The notes under the pieces: generated by a model
What the model was told of the DNA's origin: nothing
Database searches by the model: none
What the model saw: only the letters and a program-made list of their open reading frames with translations
Assembly: GCA_028534125.1 (NCBI GenBank)
Contig: CM052818.1
Location: forward strand, 20,648,001-20,712,000
Source of the DNA: Lama glama
Lineage: Eukaryota
DNA: 64,000 nucleotides
Direction: 5' to 3'
Shown: positions 41,677 to 54,599 of the stretch, one piece after another
Numbering within the stretch: position 1 is the stretch's first letter
How the letters are laid out: each line of letters starts with the position of its first letter
Program-made: the position numbers and the translations under genes

Positions 41677-41877
41677 TATTAACTACTATATATAAAATAG
41701 ATAAACAGATTTCTTCTGTTGAGCACAGGGAACTATATTCAACACCTTGTAGTAACCTACAATGAAAAAGAATATGAAAACAAATATATGTATGACTGAA
41801 ATATTATGCTGTACACCAGAAATTGACACATTATAAACTGACTATACTTCAAGAAATAAAGAATTAAAAAAAAAAGA
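41677..41877 (+). mobile_element. 5'-truncated L1 3' end with 14-bp TSD
   Basis: L1 3'-UTR motifs and a poly(A) tail, flanked by GTCCTGAAGATAGA at 41663-41676 and 41878-41891. Confidence 0.88.
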
Positions 41878-44800
41878 GTCCTGAAGATAGAGATGGGCCA
41901 CCAGCAGTAGAAAACTCACTGGGGCAGTTTCACCACTGCGGGTGCTCACACTCTGCCCAGGGCATCAGCATCTGAATCACTAGGCGCCTCTCCTTGCCTT
42001 TTGCCTTGGAAGAATCTCCCCAAAGTCTTTGGGGCCAAGGCCCTAGAGCTAACCTCTCCAAGAGGGGTGAGGTCATATCTGCCAGGGTCAGTAGGGTGGG
42101 ATAATTTTGAGAAGCTCTGTCAATGGGCTATTTTGGAAATATGAAACAGAAACACTAGCATTCCATTCCTTGCCAAATGAGACTCCTCGGATGAAAAACA
42201 TTTTGGAGGCTATGAAAAACTGGCTTCTTTAGGTCCTGTATAATAATCAACTCAGTAAAGAACTCCCTCTGGAGACAGCCCCACGGTCGGTTTAGGGGAC
42301 ATAATAACGAAAGCTATAATCGTTAAACATTCACTGAGCCCTTACTGACAGCCAGGCACATTGCTTTATGCACTTTCCATGTATCCGTTCCTTCCATCCC
42401 CACGGCAACCCCATTTCATTACAGGTGGGTACTTGTACTACCTCCCACTTTTTACAGAGGAACAAACAGAAACACAGGTTTGACTGTTCCCTAAAGGTCT
42501 CCAAAGGGGTTGGTGGTAGAGATGAGATGTTAACCCCAGCAGCCGGACTGCAGAGCTTCCCCCTTAGGTGCTCGGCCACCCCAGCTCTCAGAAAGCGACT
42601 CTGGGTCATTACCACTGTACTACAAGCACCTCTTCTACAGGAGGGAGTGACACAAACCAAAGACATCTTCAGAGGCTGCAAGGGTAGAACAGGGGAAAAC
42701 TGAGCTCAGGATATAGACTATGGGTGACAACAGAGCAAACTCCACACTGACAGGACTACCCAGCTGTAGCCTGTGTGCTGCAGCCACCCTCCCTGTCCCC
42801 TCCCCCACCCCCAGCCCTAAATTTTCAAGTATGGCTCCAAACAGCAGCCATTCAGCCTCCAGTTCTCACATGAATCCCGATCCTTCTAGTTTACACAATC
42901 ACGCTTATAAATGTTGCTTTAGAAATGATAGTCTCCTCTAAAATCTCGGGACATTTCTCATGTACAGAATCTTGGCATATGAATTATCTGAAGCCCTTGC
43001 CTGCCCACAATTTCTCTTCTAGCTCCATGTTTCTCCAGGTATGCTCTAGCCAGAATCTCGAGGACAGCTTGTTAAAACTGAGTATTCCAACCCTCATCCT
43101 AAACCACAGAATGAAAAGCTCTGAAGATGGGGCAGGAGGAGCTACACTTTGAACACGGCCACCCCCACCCAGTGATTCTTAGGGACACCAGAGTCTGAGT
43201 AGCGTTAGTATCTAGTTCTCCGGAAACGAGCTACAGCAATAGGGTTTAATGAGATTCTGCTTCAAGTCCGAGTGAAATCTTCTCGTCTCTCTGTAATGAG
43301 GTTTCTCTAAAGCAACCCCTTTTGTCATCACAACTGATATGTCTCTTATTGTCTGGAGAATAATGATCTCAGCCTGGCTTTTAAACATTCTAGAATCCAC
43401 CTCAGTTTTCTAAACATTCTCACACTTCAGGGTTTCCGAAGTGTAGCCCTCATATCACTACTGATTTTAAGAGACACCTGAGATGAACTTTTTATTTTAG
43501 AGGCCAAGTGTTTATCTTAAGGTAGATGAAGAAAAACTGTAACTACAGTATCCAAACCTGTGATTTCATGCATACTGGGGCTTAAGAGGGAAATAAAAGA
43601 ATCTGAGTTCAAAATTTTACATAAGTACATAATAGCACAGGCAGTACTCAGATAAAAGTCTTAAATTTGGGGAAACTCCCTCTGCCTGCTTCTTTCTGAA
43701 CAGGCACCCTCAATTTCAGCCATGTGTCCTTGATCACAGGCATTCTCTGCCTTTTCCCCAGCAGGTCTGTGCCCACGGAACACTGTTTCCTCTTGTAAAT
43801 CTCTCTTTAAATATCACCCATCATTTCACACCCAGTTCATTCCTCCTTCCAGGAACCCCCAGATTCTTCCAGCCATCCCAGTGCACCCCCTTCTTGAACT
43901 CCTTTAACATAATTAAGGTACCACTCATTTATAACCTACTTGCTACTGCAGTGTCTAGATGTATCGATTCAGTGTCATTTCCCTAGTGAAACGAAGCCTC
44001 CTGAGAATAACCCTTAGTCTCTTTACTTCTGGATCACACAGAGTGCTAAATGGTCCTGGTGGATCTCACCACAAAACAGGAGCTCGGTGAGTGAGTGTGA
44101 ATTCATCATGCAACTGAATGAAATGTTCCACAGCAATGAGAGAAGTGGCTGTTGCATGCCCTTTATATCTCTGTACTCCAGGCCAGATTTTTCAGCCACA
44201 TCTCTTCATCACTGCCAGGTGAAGAGCATAGAAGCCAGAACCCAGGAAATTCTATCCAAAGGTGTGATTCTGTGGGTGTCCCCTGGCCAACGAGGGTGAG
44301 AAAGGTGACCTGAGCCATCCCGGGTACAACTTATCTGTTTACAAGGGCCAATCACCTCTGCCGGCTGTGTCCTCACTCTGGAGGAACCAGAGTGGTCACA
44401 GCATCCTGTAGTGAAAACAATGCTAGATGGGCAAACAGAATCAGCTCCACTACTTGATTCATCCTGTGGCTTTGGCCTTTTTGTGTCTCAAGTTTCTGAA
44501 TCTGTCCAGTACCTGTCATGACTAATTCACACTTGCTATAAGGCAAAAGACACTGATTTTGAAAGCACTTAAAATTCTCATGTACAATAAAAACATCAGG
44601 GACACAGCACATGAATCTGCAGGGAGAATTAGATGGGGAGGCCAAAGGGCCCAGTTCTCCACTGGGCAAGTCGTGGGCAATAGAAGGTGTGGTCCCTACA
44701 TCCAACCCTCCCCCATTTGCTTCTCATGTGACCTCAGGTACTCACTTAGCTTCTTTGGGATTCAACGTCCTTATCTGTGAAATTTGCCTGTGCACTAGAT

Positions 44801-46566
44801 GATCTGATCTAGGGCCAAGTCCAATGTGAATTTGAGAACGTGAGAATGATAGTCAGGCAAGACTAGTGCCCACTGCACACTTCACTGGAAGTGCTCAGTA
44901 GTGGGGCTGGGGCCCCTTGTGCCCAAGATTTGGGTGGGTCCTGGCAAAGTACCACCAGAGACACTCAGATACCCTTCCCTCCAACCAGCATCTGTTTTGT
45001 GGATAAAAGTAGACCTGTTGTTCATCCTACTCTCTCTCCACCTGACTGTCCAACTCCCTCATATGCAACATACATGACAAAAGGCCCCACTTTCTCACTG
45101 CCATAGGCATGGTTTTTTTCTTCCCCTTTTTCTTTTCTAAAACAACTTCAAAATCACAGGTTTTTAGTGTTAAGATCTGGCTCTGAAATTAGTTATCCCT
45201 TCAGCTCCCCCTCAGACACGCACTGCTTTCATGAGTGAAAGGGCTACAGGCCACGTGTGGAGGGGAAATGGGGGAATAAATGGGAATTCTCGTGGTGGGA
45301 GGGAGGCAGCGGCAAAGGCCATTGGTGAACTGGTAGGGAATGGAATGGCCCTGTATTCTTTGGGATTCCATTAAGGTCTGCCTGCTTCCCAAAGTGTAAG
45401 CCACAAATCTCCTAGGGTTGTAGTTGCTGTGGTTTGTTAGAGCTTCCCTGTAAGCCCTGTAACCATGGTTTCGGGCAGACTGCATCACAGCCGTGAGCAT
45501 AAAGGAAAGAGGCTTTTTCCTATTTTCCCCTAAAATTCTATCTCCTTAAATATGTACACACACACACACAGACACACACACAGTGATATGCCAAGATCAC
45601 TCATGTGCAGCCTTTGACCCTAGGAAAAAGTTATTCATTTTTAATAACTGAACATCTCTCCATGAGAATCAGATATCTCTCTTTTTGTATAGACCAAAAA
45701 ACCGTGAAAAAAAAATCCACCCCAAACTACACCTGCTCTGGGTGCAAACAAGTAAGAAATCTGAAAATAAAGAAATCCATTTCCTAATTTAACAGCTTCC
45801 CTCCAAAAAAGAGCTAAAAACAAGGTTGCTTTTCTGAGTGCCAAGGTTGAATGCATTTGGCTTATTGCATGTGGACAGGGCCTATTTCCAAGTCCATAAT
45901 ATTTTGACAATGCAATCAATTAACTCAGCTTCAGACTTAGAAATAGTATCGCATTAAACAGTGTCTTGAAAGTCAAAACAGGGAAACAATATAACTTTAA
46001 GTAGGATTCAAAGCACTGACTTTCAACTACTCACAAAAGCAGAGCCATTTTTAGAATACAATACTCGCTCTGGAAGGATGGGCAATGCATCTGGCGCAAT
46101 AAGCTCGGCTGATGTCTCTGGGACCCCGGAGGGGGCTAGAGAAGAAGGCATTTTTCTCCCTGTATGTCAGAAGATGGGCTAACCACCTCGCAACAGAACA
46201 GAAATGGAGCTAGCTTCCTCCCGGAGGTAAAAAATAAAACAGCTTCTCACTCGGCTACGCAGGACAAAGCAGGACGTGAAAGAAGCCTTCAGCCTAGGGT
46301 TCCACGTGCCTCTCCAAGGATGGAGGCGCCCACCCACACACAATCACACACGGCCGGCCCACCACGCGCCTGGGGGAGGCGCCGGGTTCTCCGCCAACCT
46401 TCAGCACCCGCGGCTCCGGGCGCCCAGCTAGCGAACTCCTCGTAGCACCCCCTGTCTGGAGGGGGCAGAGGGCCGTACTGTCTTTCCAAGTCTCATCTTC
46501 CTTGCCCCAATGCCTACTTCTCCTCAGCTACGAAGTGGAGAGTGCTTCCCCAAGGGAACTGAGTCA

Positions 46567-47061
<495 letters not shown>

Positions 47062-47161
47062 TCACTCCGTCCGCCCCGAGGGCAGAAACGAAGAACCGAC
47101 GCCGCGGCGCTCCGAGCCACGGGGACTCGTGGGTCCCCTCTAGCCCCACCCCACACTCTCC

Positions 47162-47212
47162 CTACACCTTGTAGCGCTGCGCCCTGGCGCGGGCGATTCT
47201 CAGCCAGTGCAT
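47162..47212 (-). other. Upstream ORF in the PRKCE 5' leader (MHWLRIARARAQRYKV*)
   Basis: ATG at 47212-47210 and TAG at 47164-47162. It ends 127 nt before the main ATG with no other ATG in between. Translation is not demonstrated. Confidence 0.55.
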
Positions 47213-47231
47213 GTATTTCCTTGCCGGGTTC

Positions 47232-47425
47232 CTAACGGAAAACAGGGAGGGGGGGAGAGCTGGGGGACGTCCGTGTTTGGAGCAAGTCTCTCCCCCCCTA
47301 CCACCAGCGGCACATCCAGAAGAGGAGACGAGCTGTCGGCTCCGCTGCAAGTCGCGGGGGCTGTCTCGCTAGCTCTCCCGGTCCCGGCTGCGGGGAAGCG
47401 GGCGCCGCGCCCGGAGCTTACCTAC
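47232..47425 (-). other. Candidate 5'-UTR intron of PRKCE (190 or 194 nt)
   Basis: Minus-strand tandem donors GAAAG|GTAG|GTAAGC (GT at 47425 and 47421). Acceptor CTCTCCCCCCCCTCCCTGTTTTCCGTTAG|G ends at 47232. Confidence 0.55.
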
Positions 47426-48034
47426 CTTTCGGAAACATAATCCCCGGGAAATTTCGACTCCGGGAGGGGGAGGGGGCGGTGGGACGGGGCGGGGACGAGA
47501 ACCCAGGGCGCAGATTTCAACCCGGATCCGCTTCGCACACCCAGCGCCTGCCTCTGACCGCGCGGGGCGGGGGATGGACCGAGGGATGTGCAGTCTATCC
47601 GGAGGGATGCATGTCGAGAGGAAATGGTCCTCCTCGGAGCCAAATTTTTAAAAATCCTCAAGCCACTCGGCCAGCCTGGCCACTCCTCTTGAGCGAAGCC
47701 GCGCCGCGCGGCAGTCGGCGATCGGGAGGCGCCAGGAGCCCGGAATCTCACACCCGCGCGGGCTCGGGAGTCGGGGTGGCCGCCGCTCCGGCTCGGGGCG
47801 CAGGCCGGCACTGGGCAGTGCGCAGCGCGGCGGAGGGGCCGGGACTGCGACTCGGCGCGGCCCCACCTCCCGGGCGCCGGCGCCCGCCTGCGGCGCTCCC
47901 CGCGTCCGGGCTCTCGGCTGCGGCTCGCTCTCTGCCCGCCAGCCCGCCCGCTCTCCCCTTCGGTGTCTTCTCCCTCCGTCGGTGTGCGAGCGAGTCTCCC
48001 TCCCTCTAATGCAGGAAATGCGCAAAAGACGTCA

Positions 48035-48092
48035 GTGTGTGTGTATGTGTGTGTGTGTGTGTGTGTGTATACGCGCGCGCGCGCGCGCGCGC
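48035..48092. repeat. Compound (GT)n-(CG)10 microsatellite
   Basis: Directly visible: (GT)n with AT interruptions running into (CG)10 at 48072-48091. Confidence 0.97.
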
Positions 48093-51000
48093 TCCTGTGT
48101 TTGGGGAAATAGAAAGTTTTGCCAGTTGGGGGAGCAATACGGGAAAAGTGAACCGAGGAGAGGACGATCGAGAGCGGGCCAGCCTGCCCCGGTCGAGGCG
48201 GCGGGCGGGGGAGCGGGGGCGGGGACCCCACGCGGGACCCCGGGGAGTGGCGGCCTTGGGGGCGGGGATGCGAGCCGGCCGGCTGATACCTGGTCTGTGG
48301 TCTCCGTGGGGAGTCCAAAGGGCCGCGCATCTCTCCGGGCTCTGCGGCCAACATTGCCTTTTCGAGCCAGGGGTCGGGGAGTGGCTGGGGTCGTGCAGCC
48401 GGAGGGGACTCAGGACCCTCCCCTGGGCCCACCCCTACTCGGACCGCGGCAGGCCAGGGCAGCCTGCGGAGTATTGGCCAGTCTGTCTGTCATTCTGTCC
48501 GGAGACGCTTTGCTCCGTGGTGATGGGGGAAGGGGGGAAAGGGGAAAGGGAGGGGTGTGCAAGGCTCGGTGTGAGCTTTAAAACATTTATTCTCTCTTCC
48601 CTTTCTTTGGCGGCATTCTCCCTTTTGGGGTCTTACTGAACTTATCGGGCTGCAGGAACTTGTTGACAAGTGAAGGCTTAGTAGCACCCTGGCTCGGTTT
48701 GTGTGTTTATTTCTTACAAAGTGACTTCATACTTAGTCTGGACCTTGCCTGTGCCCTTTTGGGGGACAGGGGTCTAATCATAGCGCTGACAGCGGCCTTC
48801 CGAGCTGCGCGAAAACGGGGCGCGTCCTCCGGGGCAGGGGGGCGAGCGGCGGTGTCCGTGCTAATTTCCTCCGTAACCTTTAAACTCTCGCTGGAAGCCG
48901 CGGCGGCGGCTGATCACGTGAGGCGAGCCCTGGGCTGCTGGGGAAGAATTTCCTCCGCCGGGAGCCGCGGCCGGGGAGGGCGGCCGGGCAAGGGACGGCC
49001 CCGCGCCTGGGGACGCGAACCTGGGAGGGCGGGCTGGAGAGCGCGGAGGTCCAAGGCGCGGCCCTAGCTGGAACGGCAGCAGGACAGCGCTGGGAAGGGG
49101 TCATCTCCGCAACCTGTGAGCCAGAGAGTTATGCAAATGGAAAAAGAAAACCTCGGCCTTCACCCCTGTGCCAAGTCTAGTCACGGAGTTTGTAGGAATC
49201 GTGGTAAGCTGAGTGTTCATCTTTCGAGTCTGGTTAGTGTCGGCCAAAATTTAAAACCCACCTCTCGAGCACTTTTTCTCAGTGGAAAAAGGTTATCATT
49301 GCCTGTGACTTAAAGGTTTAAAAAAGCTTAAAGGCCAGGAAGGAGGCAGTCCCCCGGAACAACAGGATACCAAAAGCAGAACACAGGTTGCAAAAATGAT
49401 CAGAAAAGTCTCCAGGTGTCTATGACAGATCCTCTCCTAAGGCCTGCAGCCACTGCTCTCTCCCCTAGCTTACAAGTTCTCCAAGCCCGCCCTGTTGGAT
49501 GAAGCAGCAGGGTAGAGAGAATGCAGGCATGCTGTCTTAGGGGCATTTGGGACTGTTCACATATAAAAAGTCAGGATATAAAATCTAAGATAGTTTAATA
49601 AATAAAGATAGACAGATATATGATATAAAAGTTATGTCTTCCAGGGCCACTCCTACCAGCTGGAGGCATATTTATACTCTTGTCAGTTTGACAAAGCACA
49701 TGCGGGATATCTCGTTGCTGTTTAATTTTTACTTTGATGATCAGGACTTTTTCCTCTTTGCTCCTTACTTCCACCATTCTATTCCTATTAAACATGTTTC
49801 TATGTTTGTGATGGGAGACAATGGCATGTAGGGCTGGATCTTCTGAAAATACATTTGGAAGCAGCAGCAGAGCTAGAGAGATATGAGTGAGATGCTTGAC
49901 AGACGCAAAATTGATGGGCTACCAACAAACTCAGCCACCAGGAGAATTAATATTTTAATGCAATATTTTTTTAAAAATCAAAATGAATGTAGACTTCCAG
50001 GATGGACATACTATTCAAATTTTGCATAAAAATTTTTTTGCATTAAAATATTATTTGTATTGCTGAGTGTATTGGCACCCTTGAAATTTTGTACCTAGGC
50101 TATGTGCTTCACTTGCCTCACCCCAGCCCTGTGGGGAAGTCGAGAAAGGCAATGATTTCATGAAGTCAGGGATTCTTGAGGGTTTCATACAATCTCTCTA
50201 TTCTTTATCTGGGTAAGTCCTGTGAACAAAGGACAAGGATCCAAAGCCATTGGTCAACATCCCTCCTCTTTCTTGTGTTCAATAGGAAATATTTAGAACT
50301 AAAGACACACTAAACTTGAACTTTTTTGCATATTATATTCCCCCCAGCTCCCTAGGCTGGTACCCCAAATATATTAGATAGAGTCTGTTGCCATCTCAGT
50401 GACTAGGCATTCTTAAAAGCAATAACCTACAAATTTCCAACAGACCTGGGCAAGTTTACAGGAAGGCAGCATCTGCCTCTTAGCAGACTGTTACACCATG
50501 TGAATAATCAGACGGCAATCCTCAGGTGTGACCAATTCCAGTATGACCTCTCCTTTCAATTACAAGTCTTTCTGTCTGGGGGTGGAGGAAGATGGGGTAA
50601 CTAAAGACTTGGCCAAACAAACTTTGTTTTGCATTCTAAGAATATTTAAATAAACAAGGAGAATGTCAGTAGTCAACCTACCAAACATTGCTAATTCCCT
50701 GCCCTTATTACATCCTTATTTCTAAATAAATCTCTCACCATCCTGATCTCAAATTTTGCTGAATAAAAATCTGTGTCCACCAGGGGTACCATGGAGATTC
50801 CAGTTATGAGCCTGTTTAGAGGAAAAACCCTTAAATTTACCTGGGGGGACCATGGGGCTAAACGACCCTCTGCTCCAGATTTCAGGTGAAAGGGAAGACA
50901 AGCCCTTGCAGGGATTATAAAATGTGAGACTAAAATTCCAATCAATAATTATTGTGGACTTCATCCATCTCTTGGCCCCCTATATGGTCCTGAAAGACAG

Positions 51001-52529
51001 GACTGTATAAAACACGCTTAGGACCCCAGCTATGGCCTAGTTGTCTTGTGATCTTTGGGAGAGGGAAGAGGAATGGGAGAAAAATTATAGAAGAATTTAA
51101 CAAGATGATCACGATGGTGACCCTCTCTTAAAATGAAGGCTCATGGGGGGAAAAAGACTGATAGACAAAGAGGCGCCAGGGCAGTATGATAAGCAGCAGA
51201 GGGAGGGCTGCACCAGCCTCTCCCAGTGCACAGAGGCATCAGCCCTTTGCCTGGAGTTGCCTAAGGAGGCATCACCCAGCAGGCCTAGGCTTTTTCGTAG
51301 GAATTCCTTCAGAGGCCAAGAGGAGAGGAAAGGGCATTGGAGGCAATGGGGACAGAATGTGCAGAGCATGGAAGGGGAGAGCATGGCTGGTTGAGATGAA
51401 TTAGGGCCCAGGTGTACCTGGCATGTGGGAGGCAGGAAGAGGAGGTGAGGTAGGTTGCACTGGATAATTAAGGCCTCATAGAGCCTGACAATGAAGCCTG
51501 AACTTCTTCCTCAAGAGACCCTGATCCTTCTAATGTGGAAAAGCAGCACAGCAGTAGTTAAAACTTTTAAAAAAGCAATCTTTCAGGGATGGATATTTTT
51601 CTCTCCAATTTCTCTGTAAAAGACACACCCCAAAACAGGATGTCAGAGAGACAGAAGATCCAGATCTGAAGATGATTTACATTCCACCTGATCAGAAATG
51701 CTACAGTCTGTGGATATTGTTCAGCTCAGTAAGAGGAAGGAGGGAGGGCACCAGAACCTTAGACTAGCACATTAATATTCATGGCCTTGGTGCTCTGCTA
51801 ACTGTTGCCATTTACAGAATGTTAATGACTTCTGCAAAGGTCTGCCTGGTCAGGGTCTGTTATACATTCCACACATGCTCCGTGGGGCAGAATTCAACCA
51901 CCTGAGCCCAAGGAGGGAATATGCAGCAACATGACAACACAAAAACCTTGCAGGGTTCTGTTGGCCCTGCCCTGGCCTAGCCACCCCACCTCCCCTGAGT
52001 TTCAGCCCTGCTTCTGCCCCAACCCTGGGCCCACTCTCTTGTTGCTGGCCCAGTCTGGCCTGCCATGTCTGCTTATTTGGATCCTATCTCTGCTCTGAAC
52101 TCTATTGCAGTGACGCAGAGACCTGCAAAGGGATAGAGGGATCAGTGGTAAGCCTATAGAGCCTAAAGATAGAAACGGGCAGGAGATGGCCTGGTGCCCC
52201 TCCCTCCTCAGTTCCCTTGACCCTGAGCCCCACTCTCTCAGGCACCATATGGAAAATAATACCACATACCACATCTTCTTTGGCTCTGATGTTGGGCTGT
52301 ATCTTGGGACTTTTAAGTCCCTAAATTAATCCATCGATCTTTACTGAGTACCTGCTACATTCAGGGGTAGGTGCTCTTAGGAGGGCAAATAGATACATGG
52401 ATGAGTCCTACACCAGCGGAGGAGACAGGAAGATGAATTCGGGCAGTCATTCATTTATTTAGCAGTTGAAATTGAGTGCCATGTCCTCTGGGGCACTGGG
52501 GAAACAAAAATGATGACACATAATGACCC

Positions 52530-52940
52530 TCTGTTAGTTGGGATGGGCCAGTTCATGCTGTTGTAATAAACAGTCCCCAAATCCCAAGGTATAACAATAA
52601 TAGAATCTCTTCTCACACTGCTGAAAGTCCATGGCAGGGTGGGCTGGGAGCTCTGCTTCCACGTTAGCATCATTCTCACTCCTGCATGCAGGCCAACAGA
52701 AAAGCCACTACCTGGAACATACCTGGTCACAGGAAGAGAGCAAAGGAACCTCTAGAAGGTCTTACTCAGGCAATTAAATAGCCCACCAGAAGTGCTAACC
52801 ATCACTGCCACTCACTAGTTGTTGGCTAGAACTGGTCACTGTAGCCTCCATCCCCCAAACAGGCGGGGGCTGGGAAGTTCTCCCATCCTCAGAGGTGTGG
52901 AGCCTGGAATATCTGGCAAATAGCACTGAAGACTGCCCTA
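52530..52940 (-). mobile_element. Old MaLR LTR (MLT1K/L-like)
   Basis: ATGCTGTTGTAATAAACAGTCCCCAAATCCCA..TTGGCTAGAACTGGTCAC..GGGGCTGGGAAGT. Confidence 0.6.
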
Positions 52941-54583
52941 GACCCTGTCTTCAGACAATTGGTGCATAGAGACAACTCAAGGTATAAACACATAGTAAAT
53001 GGGAGCTAAATGGCACAGTCAGAAAGTGCTATAGTAATTTAGGGAGAGCAAGGATCACAATACAGAGTGGGACAGTTGGACCCCCAGTGGCCCTGGGCCA
53101 CTGCATACAGAAGACTTCCAATGGCTGGAGAATCCTGCCGACATCAGAGTAGCAACTACCCAAGCTCCTTTTCCCCTTCCCTCAATACGTCTCACCTCAC
53201 AGGCCCTGCACATCCTTCCAGGGACTTCAGAACCAAATCAGCACTAAGGAGGCATTTGGACCCAGCAGAACGAAGACTTGTGTGTTACACTCTGTAGGAT
53301 GTGAGAGACCACCTGGTCTATAGTCTTTATTCTTAGTAATTTCCTTTAGTAAATGAGGAAACTCAGTCCTAGAGAAGTTAACTGACTTGCCACACAAGAA
53401 ATTTTTTTAAAAAAATAAATAACCAAAGCACTGTTTAGAGGTCAAAAACCAATGCTTGGACTTCCTAGTTTAAATTCACTGTTTTTTCTATAATGTCATG
53501 CTGGAACCAACACAATGCCATGTAATGATAGTAACTCCAATTCCATTTTAATTCCTCAGAAACAAAATATCTGTAAATCTGAAGTCCAAGTTTGTTTTAA
53601 GATATTGGTTCCAAATTTAACTAGCCTTGGTCAAATAAATTACTATAGAATTACAATAATTCTTGAGGGACTAAGATTTGGTAGAGTTCTTCCTGAAGTT
53701 GTTTTGGTAACACTTATCATGAAAACAAAAGGACTTTATTGTTCCTCACTTTCTCTATTTTTAACAGCTTCTCTCCTAATGCCAATCAGATGTATTCTCA
53801 GCGAATGGTTTTATGACACCTGCACCAAGTGTAACAGCTGTTCCCCAAAGCTCCCTGTGGAATTTTTATCAGTTAGCAGAATGACTGATCTGACTGCTCA
53901 GATTAGGTTATAGATCTCTAACACGTTCTGGACATTTGGCTAATCCATTTCTACTTCTCATTTACTTTTCAGGATCAAGGAACTGGTGTTCCAGGGCAGG
54001 GAACATTGCCTTTCGTCACCAATAACGATCATTCAGGTATAACAAATGTAAAATCAGAGCTGGTCAAACGCGCTGGTTCTGTTGCAACCAGTATGTGATG
54101 CAGGGTGGCAAATCCTTCTCTCATTTAAGGCCCCAGTGCTCCACGGGCTGCTCCTCATTCTCCTGGCTGAAGCTATGCGTCCTCCTCCCTGAACTCCCCC
54201 CACCCCCCCGTGTCCTACTCCCTTCTTCTTACAGCCTGTACCTCGTTATTGGTACCTGGCTTAACTCTGCCACTTCTCTGAAAGGTCTTTAAATTTGGAG
54301 ACGCAGTAATACCCATCTCCATACTTGCTCTCTAGTATCGTGGACGTCATAGGTACAACTTTGTGCTCTAAATGTTCGTCACAAGGATGGCACTTTGAAA
54401 TAAGAAGAGTGTCACAAATCTTGTTAGCCTCTCCCTTCCTTGCATAGATGAGCGCCTTGGCAAAAGGTGGCTCGCTCACTCCATGGTAACCAGGGATTGT
54501 AGTGATGAAGTCACCGGGCGTCTGGGCGGCGTCGCGGTGGCACCTCAGGGCCTGCAGACACCGTGCCCGGCTCCGCGAACCGA

Positions 54584-54599
54584 CAGCGCCCTCTGGCGG
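54584..54599 (-). promoter_or_regulatory. CTCF core motif in a small CpG-rich patch
   Basis: Minus strand reads CCGCCAGAGGGCGCTG, a close match to the CTCF core CCASYAGRKGGCRS. Surrounding CpGs are retained (about 54510-54680). Confidence 0.8.

Noticed and set aside
46400..46425. REST/RE1-like TTCAGCACC
   Set aside because: Only the left half-site is present. An isolated right half (GGACAGCGC) at about 49082 is too far away to pair with it.
47422..48432. 336-aa minus-strand ORF and overlapping 125-200 aa ORFs in the CpG island
   Set aside because: Low-complexity R/P/G/A-rich translations that run through a microsatellite. Expected from stop-codon scarcity in GC-rich DNA; no recognisable domain.
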